Positions 13,751-29,165 of a DNA stretch of 64,000 nt are shown here, piece after piece (positions within the stretch are counted from its first letter, which is position 1; each line of letters starts with the position of its first letter). The notes below the pieces were generated by a model. It made no database searches. It saw only the letters and a list, made by a program, of their open reading frames with translations, and was not told the DNA's origin. The translations under genes were made by a program, and so were the position numbers. This DNA is from Octopus vulgaris (taxonomy: Eukaryota): NCBI GenBank assembly GCA_951406725.2, contig OX597826.1:26908001-26972000 (forward strand). Direction: 5' to 3'.

Positions 13751-14338
13751 ATTGCTGCTGCTGCTGTTGTCTCCGTCACTGCTGCTGCTGCTACCACTAG
13801 TAAAGCTGCTGCTGCGGCTGCTGCTGCTACCATTACGTATTCTGTAAGAATACAAAATTTCCCCTGTACCCTGTACACTGTAATCCGTGTTGAGGGTTAG
13901 AAAAGAGCGTTCACGGAATTATTGGTTAAAAACTCTTAATGTCGAGAGAGGAGAGACATGCGCCAAAGTTGGATTTACTTAGACAAAAAAAAAGAAGCTA
14001 AAACAAAGGAACCCTGAAACAAAAAGTAGAACAGTAGAAGTAAAAAATGAAAAGAATAACAAAAGTTACAATAGAGAAACAAGAAAACAACACCACCAGT
14101 AAGTGGACCGGGAGAGGATGGATACGAAAGAAGTGCGTAAAGAGGAAAATGTACAAAAAGAAGACGAGAAAAGGAAAAAAATATATATACAACGTAAAAC
14201 AAAAACACAATCAACAACAAGGAAAATGCACTGACGGAAGAATTTATATATATATACGTACTTACATACATTCATACAAACATACTTATATACGTTTATA
14301 CATGTATATATATATATATATGTATATATAAATAAATG

Positions 14339-14386
<48 letters not shown>

Positions 14387-14428
14387 TATGCATGTATATA
14401 TATATATAGGTTTCTATATGTGTGTATA

Positions 14429-14467
<39 letters not shown>

Positions 14468-15099
14468 GTGTGTGTGTGTGTAGATAATGGTCCCTAAATA
14501 CCTATATATTTGTGAGTCTATGCCTGCGTCTGTGTTTGTAGGGAATTCAGAAGAATTATTATTCCCTCATTCTCCACTAAAGAAAACAAAAAAAAAAACA
14601 AAAAAAAAATAAAGAACGAAAGAACGAAAGAAAGAATGAAAGAAAGAAAGAATGGGAAAAGAAAGAAAAAATCCGCAATAGTGATTCTTGGAGGGATTTC
14701 GAAAAATTCTGGGATTTAGCAATGCAAGCAGGTACTCCATCGGGAAATTGTCTTTCTTTTTATAATAGACCTAACCTGACAATTTGGTGTTGCATAAAGA
14801 ATTATTTGAGGAATTTAGATGACCCTGTATAAATGGTTCTTTGCAATACATGCACCAAATATTGTGGGAATAATGGGTTATGTCTTGTGTATGTATTTGG
14901 AGGATGTCTCTATTTGTTTGTTTTGCTTCCTTCGGCGTTTTATATTTTTCCATTCCTAACGGTTGAGAACGGATTTAGTTTATATAACGTGAAAATAATG
15001 CGTGTGTATGTGTGCGAGCGCGGGTATATATATATATGTATATGAATAAGTATATAAAGATAATAAGTATATATATATACGTATGCATATATATACATA

Positions 15100-15165
<66 letters not shown>

Positions 15166-15468
15166 TCGGATATATATATGTATATATATATATATACACA
15201 TACATATATATATGCATACATACACACATACACGCATATATATAGACACGTAGTGTGTATGTATGTGTGTGCATATAGGATATACCCACTTACATGAACA
15301 TACATATGAATGCGTAATTATTGTCAACGAATCAGGAAATAAGTACTCAATACATAGGTTACATAATAATGCATTTAATCTGAACTTTTGCGGGCGAAAA
15401 AATATTGAGGTTAAATAAGCTATACAGACAATATATATTTGTTGAGTGGTTGCGTATAAACATATCTG

Positions 15469-15539
<71 letters not shown>

Positions 15540-15604
15540 ATCTATCTATCTATCTATCTATCTCCCTCTCTCTCACTCTCTCTCTATACACACACACACA
15601 CACA

Positions 15605-15667
<63 letters not shown>

Positions 15668-15669
15668 AG

Positions 15670-15745
<76 letters not shown>

Positions 15746-16089
15746 TAGATAGATAGGGAAAGAGAGACAGAGAGAATGATTGATTTTTAGAATAAATATT
15801 TCATATAGTCAAAGTATATGTAGATAGGCTTTCTTGAAACTTGATTATACAAATTTTTTAGATATCCAGAAGACACACATTCTTAAGGAAAGTTTCCATA
15901 TTGAGTGAGTGCTTTCATGGTCTCCAGCTTTTCAAACACACGTGTTATGTGATAATCTATATGTACACTTGTTTATAGTCTAGCTTTACTATTTCTGGAT
16001 TAGTTTAGGGTTTATTATTCTTATGTTGTCTTTGTTACCTCTTCTTTGATTGTTTGATTTTTGTTTGTTTGTATGAATGTATATTTCAA

Positions 16090-16288
16090 ATTGTAATACA
16101 AGGCCAGCAACATCGTGACAGGAATAGCTAGATTACCTAGATCTCAGTTTTCAACTTATCCTTATTTTGTACATCCCGCCATGAAATACAATTCGACAAC
16201 GGCGGAATTTAAACTCAGAACGTGAAGAGGAGCGAAATATTGCTAAGAATTTTAATCGACGTGCTAACATTTCTGCCAACTAACCGCT
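16090..16288 (-). mobile_element. SINE family 2, degenerate
   Basis: ggcggaatttaaactcagaacgt...gtgctaacatttctgccaactaaccgc. Confidence 0.6.
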
Positions 16289-16299
16289 ATATATATACA

Positions 16300-16408
<109 letters not shown>

Positions 16409-16412
16409 ACAT

Positions 16413-16439
<27 letters not shown>

Positions 16440-16445
<6 letters not shown>

Positions 16446-17269
16446 TGCATACGTGGGAAATTCTGTCTGTGGGTGTGTTTGTGGCGTTCTTAGCTAACAT
16501 CATTTTGTCGATTTTGATGAAACTTGACACGTGAGTAGAACGCATGACTGGAAACCTCATGGCATACACAGTTTGCTGAAAACTGTATATGTAATATATA
16601 TCATGTTAACAGCCAAGGGGAATGACTCTTTCATTTTCCTAAATCATTTAGTATAAATCAAATTGACTACGCTTATTTCTTAGTATTTGAACTGTTATAA
16701 TTATTTTCGAAATTTATCCAGTACAACACTTAAACAAGTAAATAGCATTTTCCTAAACAATAGATCCACTTATTTCGGTTAGTGACTTATTTACGAATAT
16801 ACCAACACTAGCGCCGCTGACAGCAATATTCTGTTGGAACGCACAAAAGCCCTTTTCCGAGTTATTTACTTTGAATTGTTAATATGTCATATCTGATTAT
16901 CCTGTTATTACGTAACATGCTTCACGATTTTAGTATACATATCTTATTGGTATTTCCTCCTAAGTTCTATATACTCTGGGAACGTACTAAAACCCTTTTC
17001 GGGGTGACTTTATTTGAATTCTTACTCTCGGGTAACTGATTACTTATTATTACATAACTCACTTCACAATTTGGGTATTCATAACTTATTGGAGGTTTCC
17101 TAAAAACAAGATCCAGTATAAGACAGTTCGGTATTCTCTGTAAAGGCACAAAAGCCGTTTTAGGGGCTACATACTCTGTATTGTTGTTATTGGCTTAGCG
17201 AAACAATTATGCGAACGGAAACAAGGGATAAGCCCCGCTTTCGCGGAAATTACCGTGTACGTCAGCTAG
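16440..17269 (+). mobile_element. Probable non-autonomous Helitron
   Basis: The 5' part emerges from (TA)n with tctgtctgtgggtgtgtttgt...cgattttgatgaaacttgacac; the 3' end has a small hairpin ccgctttcgcgg then gtcagCTAG followed by T; no TIR or TSD seen. Confidence 0.6.
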
Positions 17270-17297
17270 TACATATATATATCTATATATCTATATA

Positions 17298-17346
<49 letters not shown>

Positions 17347-17349
17347 TAT

Positions 17350-17631
17350 CTTAGCCGAACTCAAAGTTATAGGGACGTAAACACACCAAAATCGGTTGTG
17401 AAGCGATGGCGAGGAAGACAAACACAGACACTTAAAGAATACACCCCCCTTATATATATATACACGACGGGATTCTTTCAGTTTCCGTCTAACACAATCA
17501 CTAACACGGCTTTGGTCGGCCCGAGGCTATAGTAGAAGATACTTGTCCAAGGTGCCACGCAGTAGTGAGATTGAACCTGCAACAATGTAGTTATGAAGCA
17601 AGCTTATAACCACACAGCCACGCCGGCGCCT
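17350..17631 (-). mobile_element. SINE family 1, partial
   Basis: gggacgtaaacacacc...ggtcggcccgaggctatagtagaagatacttg...cacacagccacgccggcgccta. Confidence 0.75.
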
Positions 17632-17698
17632 ATACACACATATACACACACATATATATATATATATATGTGTGTGTGTGTATATGTGTGTGTGTATG

Positions 17699-17755
<57 letters not shown>

Positions 17756-17759
17756 GTAT

Positions 17760-17851
<92 letters not shown>

Positions 17852-17864
17852 TATACTATATATA

Positions 17865-17914
<50 letters not shown>

Positions 17915-18465
17915 TAGATATATACGTAGTACATACATATTAGTGTTAATAATTATTCTTAAGGTGACGAACTGAATGAATGCAACTTCAACTGAGAAGC
18001 CCTTTCTTCATATTTGCTGCTCTTGTACCAAAATTTGAAAGAATTAATAATTATAGTTGTTGTTATTATTGCGGGTATTATTAATAGTAAATTATTATTA
18101 ATTTATCATGTTATCATCATCATTCATATTATTCTTTCATCCTTTGGTTTTATGAAATCTCATGTATCATTATTATATATGCCTTCAGGCAAAAATGTGA
18201 AAGTTCCAAGATAATTGCTTCTGGCTATCCATATACTTAGGCCCACAAAAGCTCATACTTACGGTACGAAATGCGTGATTTTATACACAACTTTGTGTTT
18301 AATATCCGTGAGGTATATAGGCGTTCCAAATATAATTTAAATTTGGTACAGAAAGCCCGCTTTCAGATCATTTTGCATTAAATTACTAGTTTTCCTTACT
18401 TCCACATTGCGACAAACCGGCTCAGAGAGATGTGCTGTGATTTCAATCAATTATATGCTTTACAA

Positions 18466-18780
18466 GTGGAGGTGCAATGGACCTGTAGTTAGGGCAGCGG
18501 ACTCGCGGTTGTAGGATCACGGTTTCGATTCCCAGACTGGGCGTTGCTAGTGTTTAGTGAGCGAAAACACCTAATGATCCATGAGGCTCCGGCAGGGGGG
18601 TGGTGGCGATCCCTGCTGTACTCTTTCGCTACAACTTTCTCTCACTCTTTCTTCTGTTGGCCTGCTCGCTTAGATAGCGGGGTGGCGTCAACTGAAGGCT
18701 AAAACAATGCGAAGCGCATTGTGACCAGCGATGTGTAGCAACATCTGATCGTCTGGTCGGTCACGGTGATCACGATGATG
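18466..18780 (+). mobile_element. tRNA-derived SINE (head A, tail X) with 10-bp TSD
   Basis: Head gtggaggtgcaatgg...ggtttcgattccc shared with 46146-46541; TSD tgctttacaa at 18456-18465 and 18781-18790. Confidence 0.85.
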
Positions 18781-19096
18781 TGCTTTACAAAGCGAGCTAA
18801 TATTATGAGTTTGCTAGGGATCCTTGAATTTATGATGACCCTAACTCTAATTCATTTTTAGATTGAAAATGGCCCAACGTAGTATGAGTGCAGTTTTGCT
18901 CAATACTGTATTTTCAATTCGCAGAGGGATAGCTCGTCTACCTTCTATGAGTTTCTGTTTTGCTCAAAGTTTCCATATATTTTCTACATCAAGTATTGAG
19001 CCTTATTTGATTACATATTCAAATTCATTTACAAATATATTTTCTTTGGTACAATAGCGGCAGCACTGCAGCAGCATAATTAGTTGTAGCAGTTAT

Positions 19097-19181
<85 letters not shown>

Positions 19182-19497
19182 TATGGGGTCATGCGCCGTA
19201 ACAGTACAACACTTCATCCACTGTTTGTTCGGGATTTCCTCCACCTGGCGGTTGACACCTTTCTTTGCACCACTCAGGTGACAATCCGCCAACCAATGGA
19301 TCTCTTGAGGGCTTTACGATGTCGTAAAGCAAATCCTATATCGGCTTCTTTTATTCACCTTTTACCACATGTTGAGGAAACGTTAGGACTATTCTTTTAC
19401 ATGCCGGTTCCCACACAACATACCGGATTATATTCTGATTATATTCTTCAGCTTTTCAGCCTGTTGATAATCAGAAATCCCTTGGTTCTGTAAAATT

Positions 19498-19658
19498 TTC
19501 TTCTTCTTCTTCTTCTTCTTCTTCTTCTTCTTCTTCTTCTTCTTCTTCTTCTTCTTCTTCTTCTTCTTCTTCTTCTTCTTCTTCTTCTTCTTCTTCTTCT
19601 TCTTCTTCTTCTTCTTCTTCTTCTTCTTCTTCTTCTCCTTCTTCTCCTTCTTCTTCTT

Positions 19659-19688
<30 letters not shown>
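19498..19688. repeat. (TTC)n microsatellite
   Basis: About 190 bp of nearly pure TTC repeat. Confidence 0.95.
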
Positions 19689-19727
<39 letters not shown>

Positions 19728-19744
19728 TATACATATAAATATAT

Positions 19745-19951
19745 GTGACCGCGTGTGTACCGTTGGCGATTTTTTTCCTCCGTCTTCCCTTCTCTGGATC
19801 TTTCTTTTTTCTATGTTTCTGACGAAGAGCTCCGCTCGAAACGTAAAATCCTCCTTGTTCCTTTCCTTCCTGAGCGTCAAGTAATACTATATTTGTGCCA
19901 CGTCCTCGCGTTGTTGTGTTTTCTCTTTGTGTTTTCATGTTTGGATTAACT
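19745..19951 (+). mobile_element. Short Penelope-like terminal-repeat remnant with a minimal hammerhead
   Basis: Flanked by (TA)n; contains CTGACGAAGAGCTCCGCTCGAAACGTA; related sequence (gctcgaaacgtaaaa...cttcctgagcgt...taatac) at 36975-37105 on the minus strand. Confidence 0.55.
19815..19849 (+). ncRNA. Minimal type I hammerhead motif (PLE-type)
   Basis: GUUU-CUGACGA-A-GAGC ucc GCUC-GAAA CG UA|AAAU; helix III reduced to palindromic ACGU; weak helix I. Confidence 0.65.
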
Positions 19952-20834
19952 TTATATATATACATACATATACATATATATCTATGTATACATGTATGTA
20001 TGTATGTATGTATGTATGTATGTATGTATTTATGTATGTATGTATGTATGTATGTATGTATGTATGTATGTATGTATGTATGTATGTATGTATGTATCTA
20101 TCTATCTATCTATCTATCTACCTATCTATCTATATATATAATTTTATATAAACTAAAAACAGCACATCTTTCAATCATGTGGCTTAAATTTCATGCAAAT
20201 TATTTTACCAAATAATTTTCTATTACCAAATAATTTTATCAAAGGGTTGTGAAGAAAAAATGGCAGACGAACGAAGGAAAATGGAGAGAGACAAAATGTG
20301 TAGGGACTAACGGTTATACACACACACACATATATATATACTTGTACATATATATACTTGTACATGATGGTATGTATTTGGGTATATACATATATATATT
20401 TATATACATGTATATATATACATACATCTATATATATGCATATATAAATGTTCATCTTTGTACTTTCACCAGATCATCAGCATATAGTTAGACCATCAAA
20501 TCTTTGTATTTGTTTGTTAGAAATTAAAAGTTTTGTTTTTGTGATAAATTCTGCATACACACGTTATTCTATATTAAATAAACTTCAATTAATAATCTTG
20601 AAAGCTGCAGTCGAATAATACACGTTCAGCATTTCTTCGACATCGCACGATGTTTATATGTATCGCAAATATTCATGAAATTATTAACATTAGTGTGGAG
20701 TTGAGATCAACACCAACAAAAGACAGATGCGAGAATATTGCTAGTTCCATGCTGTCTACGATTCCCCAAAATAGGAATATCAGTACGCCATAAGCTGCCT
20801 AAATGTCATTCGCCTAGATACATCACATTCGCTT

Positions 20835-20900
<66 letters not shown>

Positions 20901-21505
20901 GTATGTTAGTACGTCCATCGGAATTCGCCTTTCAGAATAAATAATTGCAAGCCGGTCTATAAAGCATGGTGATAACTGGTTCACACATATGTGTAAAATG
21001 TTATGCGTATATAGGAGCTATAAATAGGGTTCCAGGGAATATATATATATAGAATATATAGATTTATTAGAAATATATTTGCCTAGATTTATGTACTTTC
21101 TTCATTCTCTATCGTCGTTTATATGCATACACACACACATACATGTATAAATGTATGTATGTATGCATATACATACATACATACATATATATATATACAC
21201 AGTCATGTGTGTACGAGTGATTGATCAGATTTCAATAAAAATGTGTATGCGTATTTGTGTGTATGCCCACTTAAGTTTGTTTCCAAGCGTGCTTTCATTT
21301 TATACCTGCGTTCATCTAGGTATATACACAATATATAATTTGTGGGTGTGTGTGTATGCACGTCTAGGTGTGTGTGCATATACATCTAGCCACAGAATAA
21401 AGTTATAAATACTGTGCGCTTCTCTTATGCAGACAGATAGACGCACATACACACACACACTCTCTCTCTCTCTATCTATATATCTATATATATATTAATT
21501 TATTA

Positions 21506-21546
<41 letters not shown>

Positions 21547-21756
21547 TATGTATATATATAGATACACATATATATACATACATATATATATATGGTCAGT
21601 GTTATATGGATTATGTACGGTTTAGTTCATAATCTCGTACATATAATTATAGTCACATGAAAAAACAATATGCACATCGTATAGAACTAACTACGAAAAT
21701 ATACACCGATACACACAAATATATAAATAACCTACAACATAAATGCATATAAAAAC

Positions 21757-21792
<36 letters not shown>

Positions 21793-21942
21793 TCTAGAAA
21801 TAAGTGTTATGCAGTGTAATGCGTATAACCGCATTCTTCTATTTTACATATATATGTCTTATATATGTAAGTATATATTTGTATCTATATACATACTTAC
21901 ATACATACACCATGCTTGTATATATACATATATATGTATGCA

Positions 21943-22015
<73 letters not shown>

Positions 22016-22737
22016 GTATATACATATATATATACATATATATATGCATATATATATGCATATATATATGCATATAAGTACAGACACTTTAGACACGAGT
22101 AGGTCTTCTGAATGGTATTCTGTTTTCAATATAAGTATGAAAAGAGGAATAAATAAGAAAGACGGAAAAAGAAGTTAGAAAAAGGAACAAAGAAGAAGGA
22201 AATAAAGGAAGAAAAATGACGGTCGGAATAACTCAGAGAAACGTGCATATATGTATGTGTTTCTGTATGTGTGTGTCTATGTGTGTGTGTGTGAGAGGGA
22301 GGGAGAGAGGGAGAGAGAGAGGGGGGGAGAGAGAGTGTGTGTCATTCTGTGTTTTCGTGATGTAAGAGTACAAGGGCGTGCAACATTGATATGCAGACAA
22401 ACGCATTCCTCGTCAGGCTGTGAATGAGAGAACGAGTGAAAGATTAAATGAATGAATTTGTCCATGAACGGCCGCACAGTTGAACAGTTGAACGAATGAA
22501 CAAACCAACGTAGGCACGGACATACGAACAGACGGACATACGGGCAGGCGGGCAGACGGACAGTGAGACAGATGGACAGGCAGACGGACGGACGGAGAGA
22601 CAGCCGAATAATATTGAATAAAGGAAAGATAGCAAAATGAATATCTTTACTCATTCCATGGACCTGTCCATTCGTTTTCCATCGAGTCGTAATTCTTTTC
22701 AGGAATAAAAATACGAATAATATACATATATATGATG

Positions 22738-22780
<43 letters not shown>

Positions 22781-22835
22781 TAATAATAATGATAATGATA
22801 ATATGTATATATTTATATACACACACACACAAATA

Positions 22836-22954
<119 letters not shown>

Positions 22955-23485
22955 AAGTTTCGTCCATATCACAGAAGACAGAAGAATAAGAAAGTAAAAA
23001 AAATAAAATTGCCTAAGAAAACCAGCAATAAAAACCAAAAACATTTTACCATTAATAATTGCAATCCAAGGAACAGAGAGAAATGACATATTCAGACCAT
23101 GCTTGCTGAAGCGACGAGAAAAATCACCAAATGTATTAGTAAATGTCTTCGCAGCCAACCCCATTTACTTAGCTACGAGCAAAAAGAAGCGAAGTTCTTT
23201 TCAGTTAGGCTGGTTGGCGATGGCTCACGGGACATCTAGCTTGCGTATTCATACATAGACACACACACACACACACGCAAACACACACACACACACAAAC
23301 ACACATATATAGAAAGAAAAAGACAGATCGATAGCCGTTGGCTGATGGCTGAGTTTTTTTGCTGGTTGGCTGGATATTTGGTTGTCTGGCTTTTTGTTCG
23401 TGCAATATATTTGCGAGACTCCACCTAGGTATGTAAGTATATATCCATTTGTGTATGTACACATTGATAGTTTGATATATTTGTA

Positions 23486-23521
<36 letters not shown>

Positions 23522-23658
23522 TATATACATATATATACATATGTGTGTGTGTGTGTTTGTGTGTGTGTATATATATATTTGTGTATGTATATATGTATAT
23601 ATAAATGTGTATGTAAATATATGTATGTGTATATATATGAATGTATGTATATATATGA

Positions 23659-23689
<31 letters not shown>

Positions 23690-23703
23690 TATGTGTGTGT
23701 GTG

Positions 23704-23739
<36 letters not shown>

Positions 23740-24227
23740 TATGCTTTTGTCTAACTGCATCTATGAATCAAGATAGTGACTTCGAAGCCTCACAGCAAAG
23801 AACTGTTCAGACTGCTACGGCAAATTTTTAATTCATTAGATATATGTATATGAATTGGGAAGGGTGAAACATTATGATCTAATAAAGAGAGCAGAATAAA
23901 CGAACAAAAATTTTAAGAATGACCAATACAAAAGGTGAAACTCAATATACGGCATTCAGGAAAAACAAAAAACAACAACACAGGAATAAAAAGATGTGAT
24001 CAGCGATACTGAGAAAGCTTGCATGGTATGTGCATGTGAGTGTGTGTGAGTGTGTGTGTTTCTCAGCCAACGGCAAATTCCTCCTTCAATGACCCATGAT
24101 ACCACACAGCGAAAGTCAAAAGTAACTTAACGGATCATACCAGGTGGTACTATTGAGTTAGACATGGCTTGGACCAAATCTTTGGCCGAAACATACGTAC
24201 GTTTTCTAAGCTACCTTAGTTGGTATA

Positions 24228-24766
<539 letters not shown>

Positions 24767-24854
24767 TGACATTTATTTTTTCAACAGTTAAAAATTGTAA
24801 CATTTCGTAAAATTCGAATATCGCACACCGTGTTGGTATTTTAGTTACTGACTT

Positions 24855-25360
24855 AATAATCTTTTCTACTAAAGGCACAAGGTCCGAAATTTGGGGGAGG
24901 AGATTAGTCGATTACATCGATCCCAGTATTTCTCTGGTACTTAATTTATTGATCCCGGAAGCATGAAAAACAAAATCGACCTCGGCCGAACGTAGCGACG
25001 GGCGAAATACCACAACTCATTTCTTCCAGCGTGCTAACGATTCTTATTTCTTTATTGCCCACAAGGAGCTAAACATAGAGGGGACAAACATCGACAGACA
25101 AAGGGATTAAGTTGATTACATCGACCCCAGTGCGTAACTGCTACTTAATTTATCGACCCCGAAAGGATGAAAGGCAAAGTCGACCTCGGCGGAATTTGAA
25201 CTCAGAATGTAACGGCAGATGAAATACGGCTACGCATTTCGCCCGGCGTGCTAACGATTCTGTCAGCTCGCCGCCTTAGTCACTGACAATAATCTCTCTC
25301 TGTTATAGGCACGAGGCCTGAACTTTTTTAGGGGAGGGGTTAAGTCGATTACATCGATCT
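24855..25360 (-). mobile_element. Three adjacent SINE family 2 copies
   Basis: Copies at about 24855-25045, 25045-25278 (young, with aaacatagaggggacaaac segment) and a 25295-25360 fragment. Confidence 0.8.
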
Positions 25361-25396
25361 TAAAATGTATTTGGAAGGTTCACTACAAAAGTTACT

Positions 25397-25759
25397 GCCG
25401 CCCAGGTAGGCATGTTAGGCAATGCCTACCCTGAATAAAATAGATCGATATCAACATTTTCCTTGCATAGGAAATATGCACCTAATTCAATGAAATTATG
25501 AATGTTGCTCTGATTACTGTGCATAAAATGCAAAATAGTTTACTTTTTTGCAGATTAGGTCGGCCTAATTGGTCCCTGCCTTTCAATCTCGTGCGGCGTA
25601 CATTTCCACAAAAGCGTTGTCGTTACGTGCTATAAAGGCAGAAAGAGATCTGCCTTCAACTCAGTCGTGTGCCTGTCTTTCGCTTATTTTTTTGTGTGTG
25701 TTTTACTACATTAATGTCGCCAAGTGCCTACCCTGAGTAAATATTGACGGCACGTGCCT
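25397..25759. mobile_element. Possible non-autonomous hAT-like element with damaged left end
   Basis: Subterminal tgcctaccctga at both ends; right end tgacggcacgtgcctg; gttact flanks both sides. Confidence 0.35.
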
Positions 25760-26401
25760 GGTTACTATCTTTCTTTGACATTCCCTATCTGTATATCAAA
25801 TTAAATGTAAACACACCGTTAGAAGGCAGAAGCGGTAGAATTGTCTGTTATAACATCTCTCCGTAGATTTAAAAAGCAGGTGATGAATGGATTATGTAGG
25901 TTTACATTTAGAATGAGAAGTGAGGGAACATTTTCATTCAATCCTGACTTTGATTCTAAATATGAGCAACAGTAATACTATTACGACTGCCAACACTTCT
26001 CGCTGTATCATATGAAACATGCTCTCCTGCAGATCATTTTCACCGCCATTGGCAATATGGGCGCCTTTATACAGTAGGTGGGTCCAACCAGAAGTAGCAG
26101 GCAAGTCTATCTCCCATCACACCCTACCGTCTTAAAAATGAGGTTACTTTGGTTAATGTGATCTTGAATTCTTTGCATATAAAAAAAACAAAAAAGAAAA
26201 GAAAAGGAAATATAATGACAGGATAGTCATGGATAGAAAGGCTTCCATTATAGTTCTACTCGATCAAAACTAACCTAGGGTTAAAGAACTAGGAAAATGA
26301 TATCAATAATAAAGTAGAAGACTCTACGTATTTGTTTGACCTGTTAGAAACCACAGCCAAATCACTTTCTAATAATACACTACGAAATACTTGTAAGGAA
26401 T

Positions 26402-26620
26402 AGGACGGCAAACTGGCAGAATCGTTAGCACGTCGGACAAAATGCACAGCGACATTTCGTACGTCATTACGATCTGAGTTCAAACACCACTGAGGTCGAC
26501 TTCGCCTTTTATCATTTTGGGGTCGATAAAATAAGTCCCAGTCGAACTCTGGGGTCGATGTAGTCGACTAAATCGCCTCCCCCTAAATTGCTGGCCTTGT
26601 GCCAAAATTTGTAATCAATA
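26402..26620 (+). mobile_element. SINE family 2
   Basis: aggacggcaaactggcagaatcgttagcacg...ctgagttcaaa...ggccttgtgccaaaattt. Confidence 0.8.
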
Positions 26621-27074
26621 ATTCTGAAAGAATTAAAAACAAAATGCAACGGTGTGGTCACGCTAGGAATGCCTTTTGTTCATAGATCTATCTACTGGAA
26701 CAGGACTGACCTGAACAGCAAACAGCCAACCAGACAACATTCCCGCTACCTGCCGGCCAACCATCAGCCAGCCAGCCAGCCAGCCGACCAACCAGTTTGC
26801 CAGTAGACGATTAAGCACCGGCCTTTTCCATCACCGCCACCAAAAGCACTGCTGGCACCATCACCGCCGCTATCTTACGAACGTCCACGTCACTATTCCA
26901 ATCACCACCCCCTTCGTCACCACCCATCGCCAGCACATTAAACCCAAAACCGCCATCATTCTTTACATTGCTCTATAATATAACGTGGTCAGTTTAATTA
27001 AGCGCTGCATAGTCAATACTTAAAGACTTACAATCTTTGCAATACCGTGTCTAGGTTAGTCAGACTTTTTCTGA

Positions 27075-27394
27075 ATGGAAACAAAGATGGTGACGATGGA
27101 GGTGGGGGACAGCAGTAGTTGTGGTGGTGGTGGCGGCGATGGCGGCGGTGTTGGTGATGTAATGAACGATGGCGATTGTAGAAATGATAGAGTGATTATG
27201 ATGTTGATGATGATGATGATGATGATGGTAATAGTAGGACAGAAATGTGGTGTTGAGTGATGGTGTTGGTGGACTGGGGGGAACCGGTGCGGGCCTCAGC
27301 AATGGTGATAATGAATTTGTTGTTGTTACAATAATAATAATAATAATTATTATTATTATTATTATTATTAGAATTATTGTTGATATTATCTTTA

Positions 27395-27437
<43 letters not shown>

Positions 27438-27460
27438 GGTAGTAGTAGTAGTAGTAGTAA

Positions 27461-27518
<58 letters not shown>

Positions 27519-27634
27519 TGGTAGTGCTTGTGGTGGTGGAAATGGCGTTGATGGTCAGTGTTGTATGTTTATTCAAGGTGGCTGAGGTTGTGGTTGATAA
27601 AGGCAGTGTGTTGTTTTTATGTGTGTGTGTATTA

Positions 27635-27674
<40 letters not shown>

Positions 27675-28490
27675 TTGTTTGTTAGGGAATGTTGGTTACT
27701 TTAACAGTTACAGAGTATGTCTGTATGTCTGCATATCTGATGATTAGAACGGATGTGATCTTTGTGGTGGTGGTTGTGGTGGTGGTCGTCGCCGTCGTTG
27801 TGGTAGTCGTGGTGGGGGTGCTGGCGTTTGGGGGTGTCTGCGGTGCCCGTTGTGTTGGTGGCTGTGATAGATATTTCACTGATGTACAGCGATGATAGTA
27901 GATGTGGTGATGATGATGGCGGTGGCGGTGGTGGTGGTGGTGGCATTGGTGATGGTGGTGGTGATACTAGCCATGATGGAGGTGATGGGTACGGTGATGT
28001 TGGAAGAGAAGATTATTCTGGCTGCAGAGATAGGAGTACCATTTTTGAGGGTGGCACAGGATGTGTGGGTGGTAGTTGATTTTGGTGGAAATAATGTTAG
28101 TTTTTGTTAGCGATCGGTGTGACGTGGTGGGGGTTTGGGCTAGTATTGGTGATAGCGATGGACATGATTGATAGTGGTATCGGTGGTTGCGTTGATAGAG
28201 GTGCTGGTGGTGGCGTTTAGTTTCACTGGTGATTGGCAGAGATGACGGTATTGTTCCTGAATATGCTGGTAGTGGTGGTGGTGGTGTAGGTGAACGTTTT
28301 TAGTGTAAGTGGAGACGAATACGGTGTGGATTAATCGTAGTTGCGATGGTGTTGAGAGAGGGGGAGTTCTATCGAAGGCAATTATAGTGGTTGGGAGAGT
28401 GGGGGTTGTGTTGGGGATGGTTATTACGATGGTTGTATAAAAGTGGTGGCGTTGAAGGTTGTGGTGGTGGTGGTAGTAGTAGTAGTAGTT
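27075..28490. repeat. Degenerate (GGT/GAT/TAG)n low-complexity region
   Basis: Mosaic trinucleotide repeats; the ORFs are poly-V/G/T artefacts. Confidence 0.85.
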
Positions 28491-28954
28491 GCAGGTCCGT
28501 TATTGGATTAACCGTCCTAATTTCGTTCTAGTCTCGCTTCAAGCCGGATAATTAAATTTCCAGCAGAGGGACAAATATTTGTACAATAAGAAAAAAATAA
28601 ATAATATTAATAATAATGATACAACCAAAATATAAAGCACAATAGAACAAAACAAAAAAAGGAAAAAAATAAAACCTATCAATGAAGATATAAAAACAAT
28701 GAATAAATAAATGAAGATATGATAGACGAGTTAGATATAAAATATAAAATGGCGGTTGATGATTTGTTCACTTCCGGTTGAAAAATATTTGATCAAATAA
28801 TATAATAATGACCATCATCTTCTCCTATTAGGCTGCTGTAGCATCAACTCTTCCGTCGGGCTCACAACATCCTCTTTCTCATACCATTACCCATTAATCT
28901 TATTCCCCTTGGTGATCAAATCGTCTACCTTCTTTGTTTAATGTCTGTACACAC

Positions 28955-29020
<66 letters not shown>

Positions 29021-29051
29021 ATATATATATATGTGTGTGTATATATTTTTG

Positions 29052-29089
<38 letters not shown>

Positions 29090-29090
29090 A

Positions 29091-29165
<75 letters not shown>

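Noticed and set aside
19183-19495. Possible LINE 3' fragment with a (TAC)n tail on the minus strand
   Set aside because: No diagnostic motif recoverable by eye.
20455-20490. Minus-strand CUGAUGA..GAAA, also reading LYADDLV
   Set aside because: Helix II is too short, helices I and III are absent, and there is no surrounding RT sequence.
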